DNA of 64,000 nucleotides. It comes from Octopus vulgaris. Taxonomy: Eukaryota. Of the stretch, positions 13,882 through 28,342 are shown in pieces (within the stretch, counting starts at the first letter, position 1; the number at the start of each line of letters is the position of its first letter). Both the position numbers and the translations under genes were made by a program. The DNA is taken from positions 77,190,001 to 77,254,000 of the forward strand of contig OX597828.1 of the NCBI GenBank assembly GCA_951406725.2, given 5' to 3'. The notes under the pieces were generated by a model, which saw nothing but the letters and a program-made list of their open reading frames with translations, was not told where the DNA came from and did not search any database.

Positions 13882-14599
13882 GCATATATCATATATACAT
13901 ACATTCTTGATTATAGATATATGTGTGTGTGTATATATATATCTTGTGAGTGTGTGTTAATGTGCGTTTCCTCGTGTTTCTTCGTTTTCCTGATTCTGTC
14001 AGACTTCTTGTTTTATTTGTCTGCTGGATAATTCCCGATTGATAAGATTAATAGTAATATTGATTAAACATTACATTCGCTGGTCCCTTTACCCTTCCCC
14101 CCACCCCCACTTTTTCCTCTTCCTACTCCTCTTCCACCCCATTCTTCCTCGCGTCGTTTCCCCTTCTACTATTCTGCTTCTCCAATTTTCCCCCCTTCAC
14201 GTATTCCCATATTTGCTCACGAGATCCTTCTCTCGTAGGCTTATGTTGTTGCTGTTGCTGCTGTTTGCACATTATTGCCTTTGTTACATTATAAAACACC
14301 ACAGGAATATCACAAGTCGACCTACTGACTATATACACACACATACACACATACCTATATATACACATATACAGCATACACACATACCTACATACATTCT
14401 TACAACATATGTATATATATGCGTGTGTGTGTGTGTGTGCCTATGTATATATATATATTTATGTGTGTATGTATTATGTATGTATATATATGTGTATGTC
14501 TATGTATATATATTACACACACACACACACATATATATATATATGTGTATGTATGTATGTGTGTGTATTAACATACATATATATATGGGATATATATTA

Positions 14600-14609
14600 T
14601 ATGTCTGTG

Positions 14610-14641
<32 letters not shown>

Positions 14642-14770
14642 TGTGTGTATGTATGTATGTATGTATGTATGTATGTATGTATGTGTGTATGTATGTATGT
14701 ATGTATGTATGTATGTATGTATGTATGTATGTATGTATGTATGTATGTATGTATGTATGTGTGTGTGTTA
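14600..14770. repeat. (ATGT)n microsatellite
   Basis: Long near-perfect tetranucleotide array. Confidence 0.95.
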
Positions 14771-14966
14771 TATTAATGCGCTGCTGCAATCTCAGCATCT
14801 CATTACAGAAGTCATTGTTTTACGCTGATTTATGATTTGGCCTGAACTCTACTCCATGTTGCATATCCCAGCCATTGGCGGCATAAAATTCACAAGGAAC
14901 ATCTAATCTCAATCATCATACACCAGTGTTTTGTTTATACATAAATATGTATGCATGTATGGACTG

Positions 14967-15032
<66 letters not shown>

Positions 15033-16027
15033 GTGTTTCTGTTAAGTTTGAAATTTTCCTTGTAGGAGGGGAATGGTGGAAGACTAAATCATCGGAGAAG
15101 CTGCTAAAGTGATTCTAAGAATGGCTGATGGTTGGGTGAGGAAGGAGAAGGTAGCAGAGTGTCGGCGGTGGAGAGAGTGATTTTAGTTTGGCGGGTTATT
15201 GAGAAAACACTTTTAAAGAAGTAACACGAGAAGGCTCTCAGTTATAGATAGACGGGTGTACCTATGTGAATATATATTCTTGCGAATGTGTTTGTGTGTG
15301 TGTGCCTGTATATATGTGTGAGTGTGTGTGCCTGTGTGTGTGTGTGTGTGTGTGTGTGTAGTGTGTGTGCCTGTGTGTGTGTGTGTGTGTATGCATCCCA
15401 TATATTTGAGGATTCTTTCTATTGCCTTCCAATTAATATCAGTCGAGAAAACGTCTTAGACGCTTTGTTTTTTGTTTGGTTTTTTTTTTCCATTCTGTGT
15501 AATAAAGATGCTATTGAATGGTCTATAATGCATGAAGTTCTTTTTTTTTTCTGAATAAAAGATATTTTTCATAATATTAAATATGCACAACTATCTGCTA
15601 CAGGTTAGAAAACTTTGGAAATTTTAGAGCATTATGAAGAAGCAAAGACGAATATGGCAGCAAACAGTAGTTATGCCAAAATAACATTTGATAATAACTG
15701 TGTTTTTCTATTTGGATAAGAAGAAATTTGGAAGCCATTTTAGAAAATTACTCTCTCCTAAATAGACATAGATAGTGCGAAACAATGTTAACTACACTAC
15801 CAAATATACGGAGAGTAAGTAGTAAACAGTGTATGTATTTATAGCGGTGGTAGTGTGGTGATTAGGATAACTCGAATCTCTGCAGTCTTGCTTCGAAATT
15901 AACTCAGGGAAGAAAATTATATTTCAGAAACTCCACTTTGGTTTTTTTCTTCTATATTATATAAAGCTTCCAATTAACTAAGAAAAACAACTTTCATACT
16001 TTCTTCGTTTAATATTAGCTGCAATGG

Positions 16028-16205
16028 AGGCGGCGATCTGGCAGAATCGTTAGCGCGCCGGACGAAAATGCTTGGCCGCATTTCATCCATCATTACGTTC
16101 TGAGTTCAAACACCGCTGAGGTCGACTTTGCCTTATATCCCTTTGGGGCCAATAAAACAAGTAGCAGTAGAGCACTGAGGTGGCCTTGTGCCAAAATTTG
16201 AGTCA
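16028..16205 (+). mobile_element. tRNA-derived SINE family A
   Basis: 'ggcggcgatctggcagaatcgttagc..ctgagttcaaa..gaggtcgactttgcctt...ggccttgtgcc'. Homologous copies at 22525, 22743, 51990, 55600, 58397 and 63745. Confidence 0.8.
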
Positions 16206-16231
16206 TTAGCTGTTATTTTGAAATATTAGCT

Positions 16232-16390
16232 GAAGTGGCTGTGTGGTAAGTAGCTTGCTTACCAACCACATGGTTCCGGGTTCAGTCCCACTATGTGGCA
16301 CCTTGGGCAAGTGTCTTCTACTATAGCCTCGGGCCGAACAAAGCCTTGTGAGTGGATTTGGTAGACGGAAACTGAAAGAAGCCCGTTGTA

Positions 16391-16443
<53 letters not shown>

Positions 16444-16630
16444 TTGTCTACCTGTTTTTGTCCTCCCAATATCGCTTGACAACTGATGCTGGTGTGTTTA
16501 CGTCCCCGTAACTTAGCGGTTCGGCAAAAGAGACCGATAGAATAAGTCCTAGGCTTACAAAGAATAAATCCTGGGGTCGATTTGCTCGACTAAAGGCGGT
16601 GATCCAGCATGGTCACAGTCAAATGACTGA
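16232..16630 (+). mobile_element. tRNA-derived SINE family B, near full length
   Basis: A-box-like 'tggctgtgtgg', B-box 'gggttcagtccc', CORE-like 'gcaccttgggcaagtgtctt', central (TA)(TG) run, tail 'cagtcaaatgactgaaacaagtaaa'. Confidence 0.88.
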
Positions 16631-17669
16631 AACAAGTAAACGATTAAAAGGTTGTATTGTTTTTGTGCGGAATACCTTTAACAAAACGTAAAGCCTATTT
16701 ATAATGGAGAAGAGTTTTGGTCGAAACTTATGTTTATGACATTTTTCTTGCGAAATAGTTTTGTTGTTTGGTTCGCCTGTCTTTTTTTAAAATACTGAAA
16801 TCGTTTATCGTCGAAATTATAATTTCAAACTCAAACAAAATTTCAATTCATGGACCGTATTCCATTGAAGATCATTGAAGACAAAACAGACGACGAGATG
16901 AGCGGTCATCGATATTATACTGAGGCAGAAATCAATCAACATATATATATCAATAAACACAACCAAGTAGAAACAACATGTGAGTGCGCATGGAACTCAC
17001 TATCGGACGATCGCGGTTTCGATTCCCAGACTGGTCGGTGCATTGTGTTCTTAAACAAAACACTTCATTTCACGTTACTTTAGTCCACTCATCTGAAAAT
17101 TAACGGCGCCTCGTTAATGGGAGAGTGTTGTCTTCTCAGATGAAGTGTTGCCATAGGAACCGGGTTAAGCCCCGGTTTATGTATCTTACGGCCCAAAACC
17201 GACCTAATCTAAGAAGCAACAGGTTTCTGTTAACAATGAGACAACATTGAAATGAATAGTTCGTTGCATAGAAGTTCGGTGTCAAGTTATGGCCACGAAT
17301 GCAGCCGAAGAAATCAAAGAGAAAGAGGAACAGCTTCCTGCTCTTGCTTCATTCATCTTTGGTCAATTTTGTTAGCTTGACACCAGGCTTTGGTCTCTGG
17401 ACTGCATTTGATGGCTGAGTTACAACAGAAAATATAATAAAGAAACCCTTCGGTATTGCACCTAGAAAGTTCCCCTCCGAGACAAGGCTGTTTATGGAAG
17501 ACCAGCAGTTGGCCATGCATACCAGCCTCGCTTCCCCATGCCACCGATGTTGTCCAAGGCCTGACGACACTCTTACCACTAAACCATTCATATTCAATGT
17601 TACATTTATCACATAGAAGCAACAACCACCAGGTGAGATTCTTACCTGACAACGAGGGTCTCCATTTAC

Positions 17670-18040
17670 ACTATCACCACCACCACCACGATCACCACCA
17701 CTGACATCACCAGCATCAACACTATCAGAATCGACAATACCAGCACCAGAAACAGCATCAGCGCCCTCACCATCACAACCACCACTACCATCCCCACCAC
17801 CACCACCATCATGACCGCCACCATCACCACCTGTACTACCACCATTACCAGCATCGCCAACAATATCAGTGCCACCATCACCGAAATCACTATCGACACC
17901 ATCACCCACCACCACCATAAACGCCACTATCATCACCACCATCACCAACATCACCATCACTGCTACCATCACCACCATTAATGCAATTTCCCACCATCTA
18001 CACCGCCACCGTTTCTCGATATCTCCACCGCCATCGCCAC
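17670..18040. repeat. (CAC/CAT)n degenerate trinucleotide tract
   Basis: Direct inspection. Confidence 0.85.
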
Positions 18041-21000
18041 ATATCTTTGCATATGACAAACATTAAAAGACATTCTATTCTACTTTATTCTTTCCTATTC
18101 TTCTATTCTTGTACATTCCAAATAAAAATCTACAAAACAGCAAAGAAATCATTTCTGGTCTTTGTCACGAAATGAAGCCGATCAATTAGTCAACATGAAA
18201 TCAAAGTGATCAATTAGTGATCAATAAATCAAAATTATCAAATTTTCTGTCAAAATCAAATTTTATGGTCTTACAATGTGTTGTACTTTCATCGGTGGAA
18301 ACAATTTTCAAAGGAAGAAACGAAGACAAATATCTGCGATCCCTGTAAAAACCTTGTGTGTGTGTGTGTGTGTTATACATATATATATCATACACATTAT
18401 ATAGATATATTAATATTTATATTTATATGCATATATATGTATATATATATGTGTGTGTGTGTGTGTATGTGTGTGTGTGGACATATGTGCACATATATAT
18501 GAACATATATATGCATAAGCACATATACATGCATAGCCATACATATATATATATATATATATATAAATATACACATATATATATGTGTTTGTGTGTGTGT
18601 GTATGTATCCAACATGTCTATATGTCTCTGTCTGTGTGTCTGTATATGTATATTTATACATATATATACATATGTGTGTGTTTATAGTTGTGTATGCATA
18701 TATATGCATATATATGCATATATACTCATACATGTATGTATAGGTATGTATGTATGTAAGTATGTATGTATGTATGTATGTATGTATGGGTGGGTAGGGC
18801 GGTGCGGGGAAAGAGAGTGAGAAGCAGGGAAAGACTGAGGAACGCTATACGAGATTTGTATTAGTGAGAAGTAGAGAGCTGTAAGCTCATGTACAAGATT
18901 GTAATATGAATATAAAATATATAAATATCTCATAAACCCATAAGATGTTTTAATGGCCCGTGCTTGGCTGCGGTTTTATGGCGTCGTTAAAAGGATGAGA
19001 GATAGATTTCTCCTCTGAGATCACACCAGTCTACCATAGTTAGACATTTCCAGATGACCTGCTGGCTACTGCAGACATATGGGAAATGGCCGTTTGTGGC
19101 GTGTCAGCCATTACAATAAACTTGTAATGTTTTAACGCCTGGTTTCTTGAGGTTGAGAAGAGCAACCGCTGTCGTGTTTGGACTGAGACCACCTTGTCCC
19201 TGTTTATTCAATCTCCAATTAAACAAGGGATTGATCAATGAAGTTGTCTCTATGTGCGACACTAGCTGATATAAAAAAACAACAACATCCAAACCGCTCT
19301 GAAACCACACCGTGCTTCCTTAAAGAATCCAAGCGTAATTGATATAATGTAACACTATAGGTGTGTAAACGATGAAGGATAACATAAAGCCAATAACGAT
19401 GAAGAACAGGTTTGCTTCTTCAGACCTGATCTCGGATTTAATACCGTCAACAACAAATAAACAAACGGATGTCACCCTGGAAGGTGGAGTGAGTACAGTA
19501 TGCCCCGACAGCAATGTTCATATCTGAATGTGCAGTACTAGGTAGGGCTCAATATGTTATATCGATAGATCGCTCGTAGACAATCGTCCTGTAACTTATG
19601 TCATTGGTCAGTTCAACAAGGACTTGTCTGATTTTATACATAACAACAGCAGCAACAGCAACAACAATGACAACAACGAATGATAATCATTACAAGATCC
19701 CAAAACTAACTGAATTCCTTATTGCTGACAATTTCCACTTTTGCACAATTAAAATTTGAAATATGTGGACCAGATATTTGTGGCTGAATTTCAGGGGCAG
19801 ACAGCTATGGAAGTTATACTTCTGAGGGTTTGAAATTCAAGAAAATACAAAATAGACAACCAGAATTAGAACCTTACAGGTCTTTTAAGGGTAGGGAGTC
19901 CAAGAAAACTAACGAATTACAGTGACTTATACCGGTAACTGATTGCTTTGAATAAGAAATAATTCTGTGATCTCTGGCGTATCACACTATTTGCACTAAA
20001 TTAATTACAATTCGTCTACAATTAACAGCAACCTAATACTTGAGTGAATTGTACATCAAAATACATTTTATGGCAGGTTGAGAGAATTGATTTCATTAAT
20101 GTAGCATTTATAAACAGGATGAACCCACACGAATGATAAATATTGACCTGCGAGAAAGTAGGGTCAGTTTTACACGATATACATGGAAATTCCCATAATT
20201 TTAATCAATTTGGCATCGAGTCGTATTCGAGTAAATATGATCGTTGGACTGATACGGTGAATAAGTAACAATGGTACTACAGAGAAAAATATATTGACTG
20301 GCTGTAGCTTATTTGAACGGAAAATGTGCGTAAAAAGTCCATTATTGTAATCCACTCGGTAAGGCCTCCTCCGCCGAGTCAGGAACGGATGGAAATGTGC
20401 AAGCGATTAAAACAAATGAGAAGGAATAAAGACTTGACTTCCGCTCCAGTTATCACTGCTTCTTCATGCAAAATCTAAAACTTTTAAAAGTCTAAGCCTG
20501 TTCCGCATTCGCATGTGGCATATATTTGTAAACCTTCAAATTCTTCTTTCTCTGTCGTTTGTCCCCCTCTATCTCTCACTCTCCCTTTCACTCTGTCACT
20601 CTCTCTCTCTCTTTTTCTCTCTTTGTCTCCCTCTTTATCGATCTATCTATCTAATACTCCCTCCCTTGCACTTAGGGACGATATAAATAGATATATAAAC
20701 ACACACACAGATATACATATGTATATGTACGTTATATAGAGGAAACTCAGACAATTTGTTTCTGTGTGGTCACAATTAAGCATCATTATTTGTCAAAACC
20801 TATATAAATATATACATAATTCATAAACATACAGACGCATAAATACATAAAATACACCTACATACCTGCATATTCATACACGTGCACATACAAACACGCG
20901 AAGGCGTAGATATTACACATATATACATGCATACATACATACATACATACACATACATACATACATACATGCATGCATACATACATACATACATACATAC

Positions 21001-21077
21001 ATACACACACATACACACATACATACATACATACATACATACATACATACATACATACATACATACATACATACATA

Positions 21078-21911
21078 CGAGGTCTGATGAGTAAGTATCC
21101 GTACTGTTGACATAGTACACAGAGTGAAGCCGCTTGGCAAAGATTGACCTGGAACTCTGATGTGCATGCGCACAAATTTTTAACGCTCTAGTTTACTGCC
21201 GCTGTTTACAGCAGTGCTTGGAAGGAAGGTGTGTAGCGTGTGATCATCGCATTGACCGTGACAGAGTAAGTTACCATGTTGATAACTGTTCAGAGGCCTG
21301 CGCAAAGTTGCAGAAAATGTATGGGAAGAAGCGTATGAGCCGCACGTTTCAAAGAAGTTGCCAAGATGGTCGAAAAAATGTCGATATTGACGAACGTTCT
21401 GTAAGAACCTGCAACCAGCAGAACTGAGGAAAAGATCGCAGATGTGCGTGCAGCTGAGAGGGGAAATCGTCGAATCACCATCCGAGAATTATCAGAGGAT
21501 GTGTAGATTAGTTACGGTTCAGTTCAGTCCATTATCACTTAAAATTTGGGTATGATTCGCGGTTCAGCCAAGTTTGTGCCAAAACTGCGTTCAGCAGACC
21601 AAAAAGACACCCGGATTTCAGTTACACAGGATCTCTTTGATTGTGTCGAGAACGATGAAAACTTTTTGAAAAGTTTGCGTAGGCCTCTGAGCACAAATCG
21701 CCAAGCTTTTGGCAAAATTTGAGCCAGATTTTCTGGTCAGCTTTCTTTGTCATGGTCAATGCGACGATCACACGCAACAAACCTTCCTTCTATAAAACTT
21801 AGTGCGCATGCACGGCAGAGTTCAGGGTCAATCTGCGCCAAGCGGCTTAACTCTGCGTGCTTTAACTTCGTTACTATGGCAACAGCCTGGGTACTTATGG
21901 ATCAGACAACG
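21078..21911 (+). mobile_element. Mariner-family non-autonomous derivative with TA target duplication and long inverted arms
   Basis: TA|cgaggtctgatgagtaagtatccgtactgttgacatagta versus the inverted right end ...ttactatggcaacagcctgggtacttatggatcagacaacg|TA. Internal transposase N-terminal remnant 'KLQKMYGK..MSRT..DGRKNVDIDERS..NRRITIREL..ISYGSVQSI..LGMIRGSAKFVPKL..DENFL'. Confidence 0.88.
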
Positions 21912-21944
21912 TACATAATACACGCACTCATCACACGTACATAT

Positions 21945-22008
<64 letters not shown>

Positions 22009-22086
22009 TTATATATATATACATATATATACATATATATATACATATACATTTATATATACACATATATATACATATATATATAC

Positions 22087-22117
<31 letters not shown>

Positions 22118-22524
22118 CATTTATATATATATACATTTATATATATATATTCACATGTATACATACGCATACTTATATACATACTTGTATATGTATACAA
22201 TTATGTATACGTATACATACGTATATACAAACACATACATACGGGAATTCACACATAGATGTATCCATAGGTGTAAACTGGTAATGTATACTGAACACTA
22301 AAGAGAGAAATGATTACATGAGAACATCATTTTTGTACATTATTACAACTCGTCAAAGTAATGAACTGGCACGTAAGTCCTCAGTTTGCCCACCTACTCT
22401 CATATAACTGAGAATTACCCATCCACGACTATCAAATGCTGCCCACTTACAACAGCGACTCGGAGGACAAATGCTCATGATACCAGCAGAACGTTACTTA
22501 CGTAGCTAGAGTGTATCATCAATA

Positions 22525-22720
22525 TTCTTTTCTAATCTAGGCACAAGGCCCAACATTTTGGGAGAGGGGATCAATCGACTAGCATTTAATTTATCGACCT
22601 CGAAAGGATGAAAGGCAAAGTTGACCACGGTGGAATTTGAACTCAGAACGTAAAGGCAGACGAAATACCACTGAGTATTTCGCCCGGCTTGCTAACGACT
22701 CTGCTAGATCGCTGCCTTGA
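22525..22720 (-). mobile_element. SINE family A
   Basis: 'ggcacaaggcc..atcgacctcgaaaggatgaaaggcaaagttgacc..atttgaactcagaacgtaa..gctaacgactctgctagatcgctgcc' is the reverse complement of the family A body. Confidence 0.82.
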
Positions 22721-22742
22721 GAATACTATCAATAGTGACAAG

Positions 22743-22960
22743 GCGAGTAAGGCATTCTGGTAGAATCGCTAGCACACAGGACAAAATGCCTGGCTGAATT
22801 TCACTTGTTTTACGTTCCGTGTTCAAATTCCTCCGTGACCGACTTTGCTTTTCTTTCGGTTTCGATTAAATGAGTACCAATTAAACACTGAGGTCGATTT
22901 AATCAATTAGCACCCCCAGCAGCAGCATTGCCGGCCTTGTGCTTATTGTAGAAAGTAATA
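22743..22960 (+). mobile_element. SINE family A (head-to-head with the preceding copy)
   Basis: 'ctggtagaatcgctagc..ttacgttccgtgttcaaattcc..gactttgc..gagtacca..ggccttgtgc'. Confidence 0.75.
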
Positions 22961-23519
22961 TTAACAGGAGGGGTAACCTCTCAGGGCCTATGATAGGTAT
23001 ATGACATCTGAGACGGTTACGGTTTCCGAATTTAGAAACAGGTGACGGCTGTCAATATACCTAGTATTGAAGCTTACATGTTGTAATAGAAAACATCGAT
23101 TGGGTCGTACAAGTGTGGAAGATGTCATCCACTGCACAAATATGTGGCAAGGTACCGACAAGGTCCTGGCAAGATACCGGCAGACATGATAGTGGCACGG
23201 TACCAGCTTTGTATGAAACACAAAAAAGTATTTATAACGTTATTTGAAGAAACGATTATCCTGACGAACATGCAGACGCATATCCGAATCAATCAGAATA
23301 TGTCCACATCTTTAAAAGTAACGACTGTTTATAATATAACGTTCAAATAAAAGTAGTGCTACGTTTCCAACACAAGAGATAGTGTTCCATTGGGCCAGAG
23401 AACAAATGTTATACACTGTTGTAGAAATCAGCTGCTCAAGGAAGATGAACATTATGTCTAAATTTAGAGAAAACAAAACTTTTATGGAGTAATAACATCT
23501 CTTTCTTAGTATCAGACTG

Positions 23520-23988
<469 letters not shown>

Positions 23989-24211
23989 TGTATAGATCAG
24001 ATTGTATATAAATGTTAAATGCCCTGATGAATAGTGTACCCTTCAATTATCTCTTCGCACGGGGGGGAGTATCGGAAAAGGCCTGCTGAATCCCCAATCT
24101 TCCGAGTTCTTTTACAGGGCTTAGAAAAATTGAAGGACCGCTGCAATAAGTGTGTGAATCTGAGATGGGAATATGCGGAATAAAATCATATTTAACTGAT
24201 CGTTAATATAC

Positions 24212-24254
<43 letters not shown>

Positions 24255-24643
24255 TGTGTGTGTGTGTGCGTGTGTGTGTGCGTGTACGTATGAATGAAAC
24301 ACCGTCTGTATTCTTATTCTTCTGCTCGTGGGCATTTGTAAAAACAAACAGACGTAATGATTTAACCTTTGTATTGTTAGAAATTGGCATAAACCAATAA
24401 GTAATCACTTCCGGTGATTGCATGGAATAAAAATGTGGTTTCTGGAACGTATACTTCCTCTATATACATTAGCTACCGGTCTGTAAAAGGTGGTGGCTCC
24501 ACCCGAGTTCGAACTCTGACAAATCTGTTGCAATGATTTCATTTGTCCACAGTTTATTATTGATATATTTACTGGTCTCCCTCCCTTCAAAAATATAACC
24601 ATCTGCTTTTATATGCCTCTCTTCCTCTCTCAATACATATACA

Positions 24644-24692
<49 letters not shown>

Positions 24693-25404
24693 TGGCAATA
24701 ATCCACAGATCCACTCTACAAAGTGCATCAGAATTAGTTTTAACATGACATTTTAACCATTTTGCTCTGTAAATGTCCATATAAATTATGAATTATTTGC
24801 ATCTCTGACATTAACACCATACAATAAGAGATCGTTGAGGTACATTCAAATACATAATAGAAACGAAATATGCGAGATCTTATTTCTTAACATTTAATCT
24901 ACTAAAGTAATTTTCTGTTTCGAGAACTGTTTTTCTCATCAGACAGTGTGAAAACAACATAGAATCTCTCTGTGGTCAAGAATATGTAGTCATTATGTAC
25001 TTCTAGCATTTGCTATGACCTACTGTACTTACTGTAGTTTTATATTTTCTTGGATGAAGGTATATTTCGGGGTAAAGACACGTCCAAGATCTATATTGGA
25101 TCATAATACTCAGTAACAACAGACGTTCGTACTCCACAGAGTATAATCGCAGTTAGTTTTAGCCAGTTATTTTCATTAGATGTTCAACATATTTTCATAT
25201 TCTTTCTCATGTATTTTGTGATATAATATTAAATCTATACTGAGAAAGATTAAAACGAAAGAGTTTACATCTGAAACATCAAGTGAAGAAAAGATTCATG
25301 ATTTCCCCTCAGACCAACTGTTCTCCATATACATGTACATGCATATATATAAATATATATATATATATAATGTATATGTATATCAATATGTATGTATGCT
25401 TGTA

Positions 25405-25471
<67 letters not shown>

Positions 25472-25632
25472 ATATGTATGTATGCCTGTATATGTGTGTG
25501 TCTATATATATATATACACGCACACACAAACACATGTCTGTGTGCATGTATATAAGGATGTGTGTGAATATATATATATATATATATATGCGTGGATATA
25601 TATATGTACACACACGGGCACACATACATATC

Positions 25633-25667
<35 letters not shown>

Positions 25668-25689
25668 ATGTGTATATATATGTGTGTGT

Positions 25690-26260
25690 GTTCCTACAAT
25701 TCCCCCCGTCGTGCGCTACACTTAAATGAGAGTGTTTCAATGTCATGTGCAATTAAACACCATTATGGGTATAAATTTTTGTATATATGACAATTTCTGC
25801 ACATGTATTACTACATCAATAAAAATTCCGTTAAAGCTAGCTACAGCTCTATGGGTAATAGACTATCACAAATCTCTAACTGCGACCAAAAATCGATAAA
25901 CTCCGTATAAACAACCTATATTGAATGCAATTGTAAGATGAGTTACCTTCTGGATATAAAATGCATATCAAATGTATTGATATATACAGAGTACACGTAG
26001 AATCCGTACACGCCACTGTAAAGATGTATATTGGGTTAACCGACAATACTTTTAAAACGTACAGTATTTATTCGAGCTTAAATGTATGGGCAAAGTTACA
26101 TCATTTTCAAAACTCATATGGTTTAAAGCACAGAATTAAGCACGCTTCTAAAATAAAATGAAGTGTTTCCAATTCACAGGTTTACAACTCATCTGGTGGC
26201 TCCTGTAACCTATCGGTAAATTCAAGGCGCTGAACCAACACAGAGATTATTTGAATTAGA
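25690..26260 (+). pseudogene. Decayed Penelope-like element C-terminus with GIY-YIG endonuclease
   Basis: Fragments in order: 'NSVKASYSSMGN' (cf. NTVKLSYSCMPN), 'ECNCK..LDIKC', 'KMYIGLTDNTFKT' (cf. YIGLTENTFKxR), 'YNSSGGSCNL' (cf. YNNGSKRCNLC). Confidence 0.65.
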
Positions 26261-26279
26261 AAGAATATTTTCCTCTTTA

Positions 26280-26570
26280 GGTGTGGTTCTGTGGTAAGAA
26301 TCCCACCATATGGCTCGGGTTCAATGTTCCTGCGTGACACCTTGGACATGAGACTTCTACTTTAGCTCCAGATAGGATCGAAACCGTGTGACTCGATTTA
26401 GTAAGCAGAAACTACGTAGGAGTATATACATATAATGCGCGTTCTCTTGTGCTTGTATTTGTCCTTCAAAGCCGTCTAACAAGCGGTGCTGGTTTGTTTA
26501 CACCTCCGTAACTTAGCGATTATGCAAAAGACGTCGATGGAAAAGTACCTTAAGTAAGTCATGGGTCGCA
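26280..26570 (+). mobile_element. SINE family B, degraded
   Basis: 'gtgtggttctgtggtaag..gggttcaatg..gtgacaccttggacatgagacttctact..gtttacacctccgtaacttagcg'. Confidence 0.7.
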
Positions 26571-27179
26571 AGTCTGCGATTAGTGACATAAAGCACTGGT
26601 TTAGTGACTGTAATTATACAGTCATTTTGCACTGACTATTTTATATTTTATTTGTTATATACAATGTATAAATGCGGGCGTGAATAAATTCGATAACTTA
26701 GATTGGTTTCGGCCATTATCGACCCAGGCAATGACTAACTCAATAGCCCCACCTAGAAAAGTCTTTTAGTTAATTATTTCGGGACAGCATGGACCACTCA
26801 AGCAGAGAGATGTTGCTGGCTTAGACGTATCCAGGTGAAGGGTAATTTATTCGGTATTTCCTGGAGGAATTTGTCCAGGTACCGTTTGAAAGTTGTTGGG
26901 CCTTTTCCTACTTTAATTTCTTTCGGAATAACATTGAAAAGAACAGCACCATTTGCAATGAAGAAATTGTGTCACAATGTTCTTATGTGATGTGATCTCG
27001 ACCTTTGTAGTGCACGCATTGTCTTGGGTGATTTGAAGGGGGCCTAGTCTTGGGTGAATTGTAAACATAATACCGATATCATTTGGATAATACTAGTGAA
27101 ATATTTTCCACCTGGTGCAAATAATATATCGGTCACGGCGGCGTTTCATGTATGTATACATATATATGTATATATATAC

Positions 27180-27238
<59 letters not shown>

Positions 27239-27244
27239 AATGTG

Positions 27245-27280
<36 letters not shown>

Positions 27281-27301
27281 CATATATACATACATACATA
27301 C

Positions 27302-27338
<37 letters not shown>

Positions 27339-27345
<7 letters not shown>

Positions 27346-27540
27346 TAAATTAGAGATAAAACCACTATTAGGCAAATCAAACAGTGAAAAACATAAGCCA
27401 ATACATAAAATTAATTTTAAAATATAAAAGTTAAAAATAAAAAATTATTTAAATAATTTAAACTTATAAATTTTATATATATATTTACAAATATATATAT
27501 ATATGTATATTTTTATATTTATATATTATTTTATTTATTA

Positions 27541-27571
<31 letters not shown>

Positions 27572-27813
27572 AATATTAAATATCAAAAGTATAAAAATTT
27601 AATAAAAGATAAATAAAATAATATATAAATATAAAAATGTACGTACATACATATATATATATATTTGTATATATATATAAAATTTATAAGTTTAAATTAT
27701 TTAAATAATTTTTTATTTTTAACTTTTATATTTTAAATTAATTTCATGTATTGGCTTATGTTTTTCACTGTTTGATTTGCCTAATAGTGGTTTTATCTCT
27801 AATTTAATATAAT
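27339..27813. repeat. AT-rich fold-back: ~200-bp inverted arms with ~70-nt spacer
   Basis: 27339-27537 (..taaattagagataaaaccactattaggcaaatcaaacagtgaaaaacataagccaatac..) is the near-perfect reverse complement of 27610-27813. Confidence 0.92.
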
Positions 27814-27911
27814 ATAATATAATATATTTATACTATAAAATTGGATTTAATCCTAAATCTAATTATTCCCTGTAAGTTTGGAGTTATTCCTAATATTATT
27901 ATTATTATTAT

Positions 27912-27971
<60 letters not shown>

Positions 27972-27974
<3 letters not shown>

Positions 27975-28309
27975 GTCTTGTTTGTGTCACATTTTTTTCT
28001 TTCCTTGTTTTTACCCCTCAGCTAAGTAATTTTATTTAATTATTTCGCAGGAAGGGCTAGTTCGACGAGTCGTGTTCTGTCCTCACCTTCGAAACACGCT
28101 GGAGTTGAACTAGGGGCAGCTGATGAAGGGGATTTTCCTTGTGTAGTTTGTCTTGTACTCTGTTTTTTCGTTGTTAAAAAAAGGTCCGTTCCATGCTTGT
28201 TTTTACGATTTCGTTTCTCGTTGAGTTCTACGTCTATTTGTGGTGTCCTGTACTCACGTATATATATTTATATATGCATGTATATATACATATAGATGTA
28301 GGTGCGTAC

Positions 28310-28342
<33 letters not shown>

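Noticed and set aside
14826-14836. TGATTTATGA Pbx/Hox-like site (similar words near 18180-18235)
   Set aside because: Short motifs are expected by chance in AT-rich DNA, and no conservation data are available.
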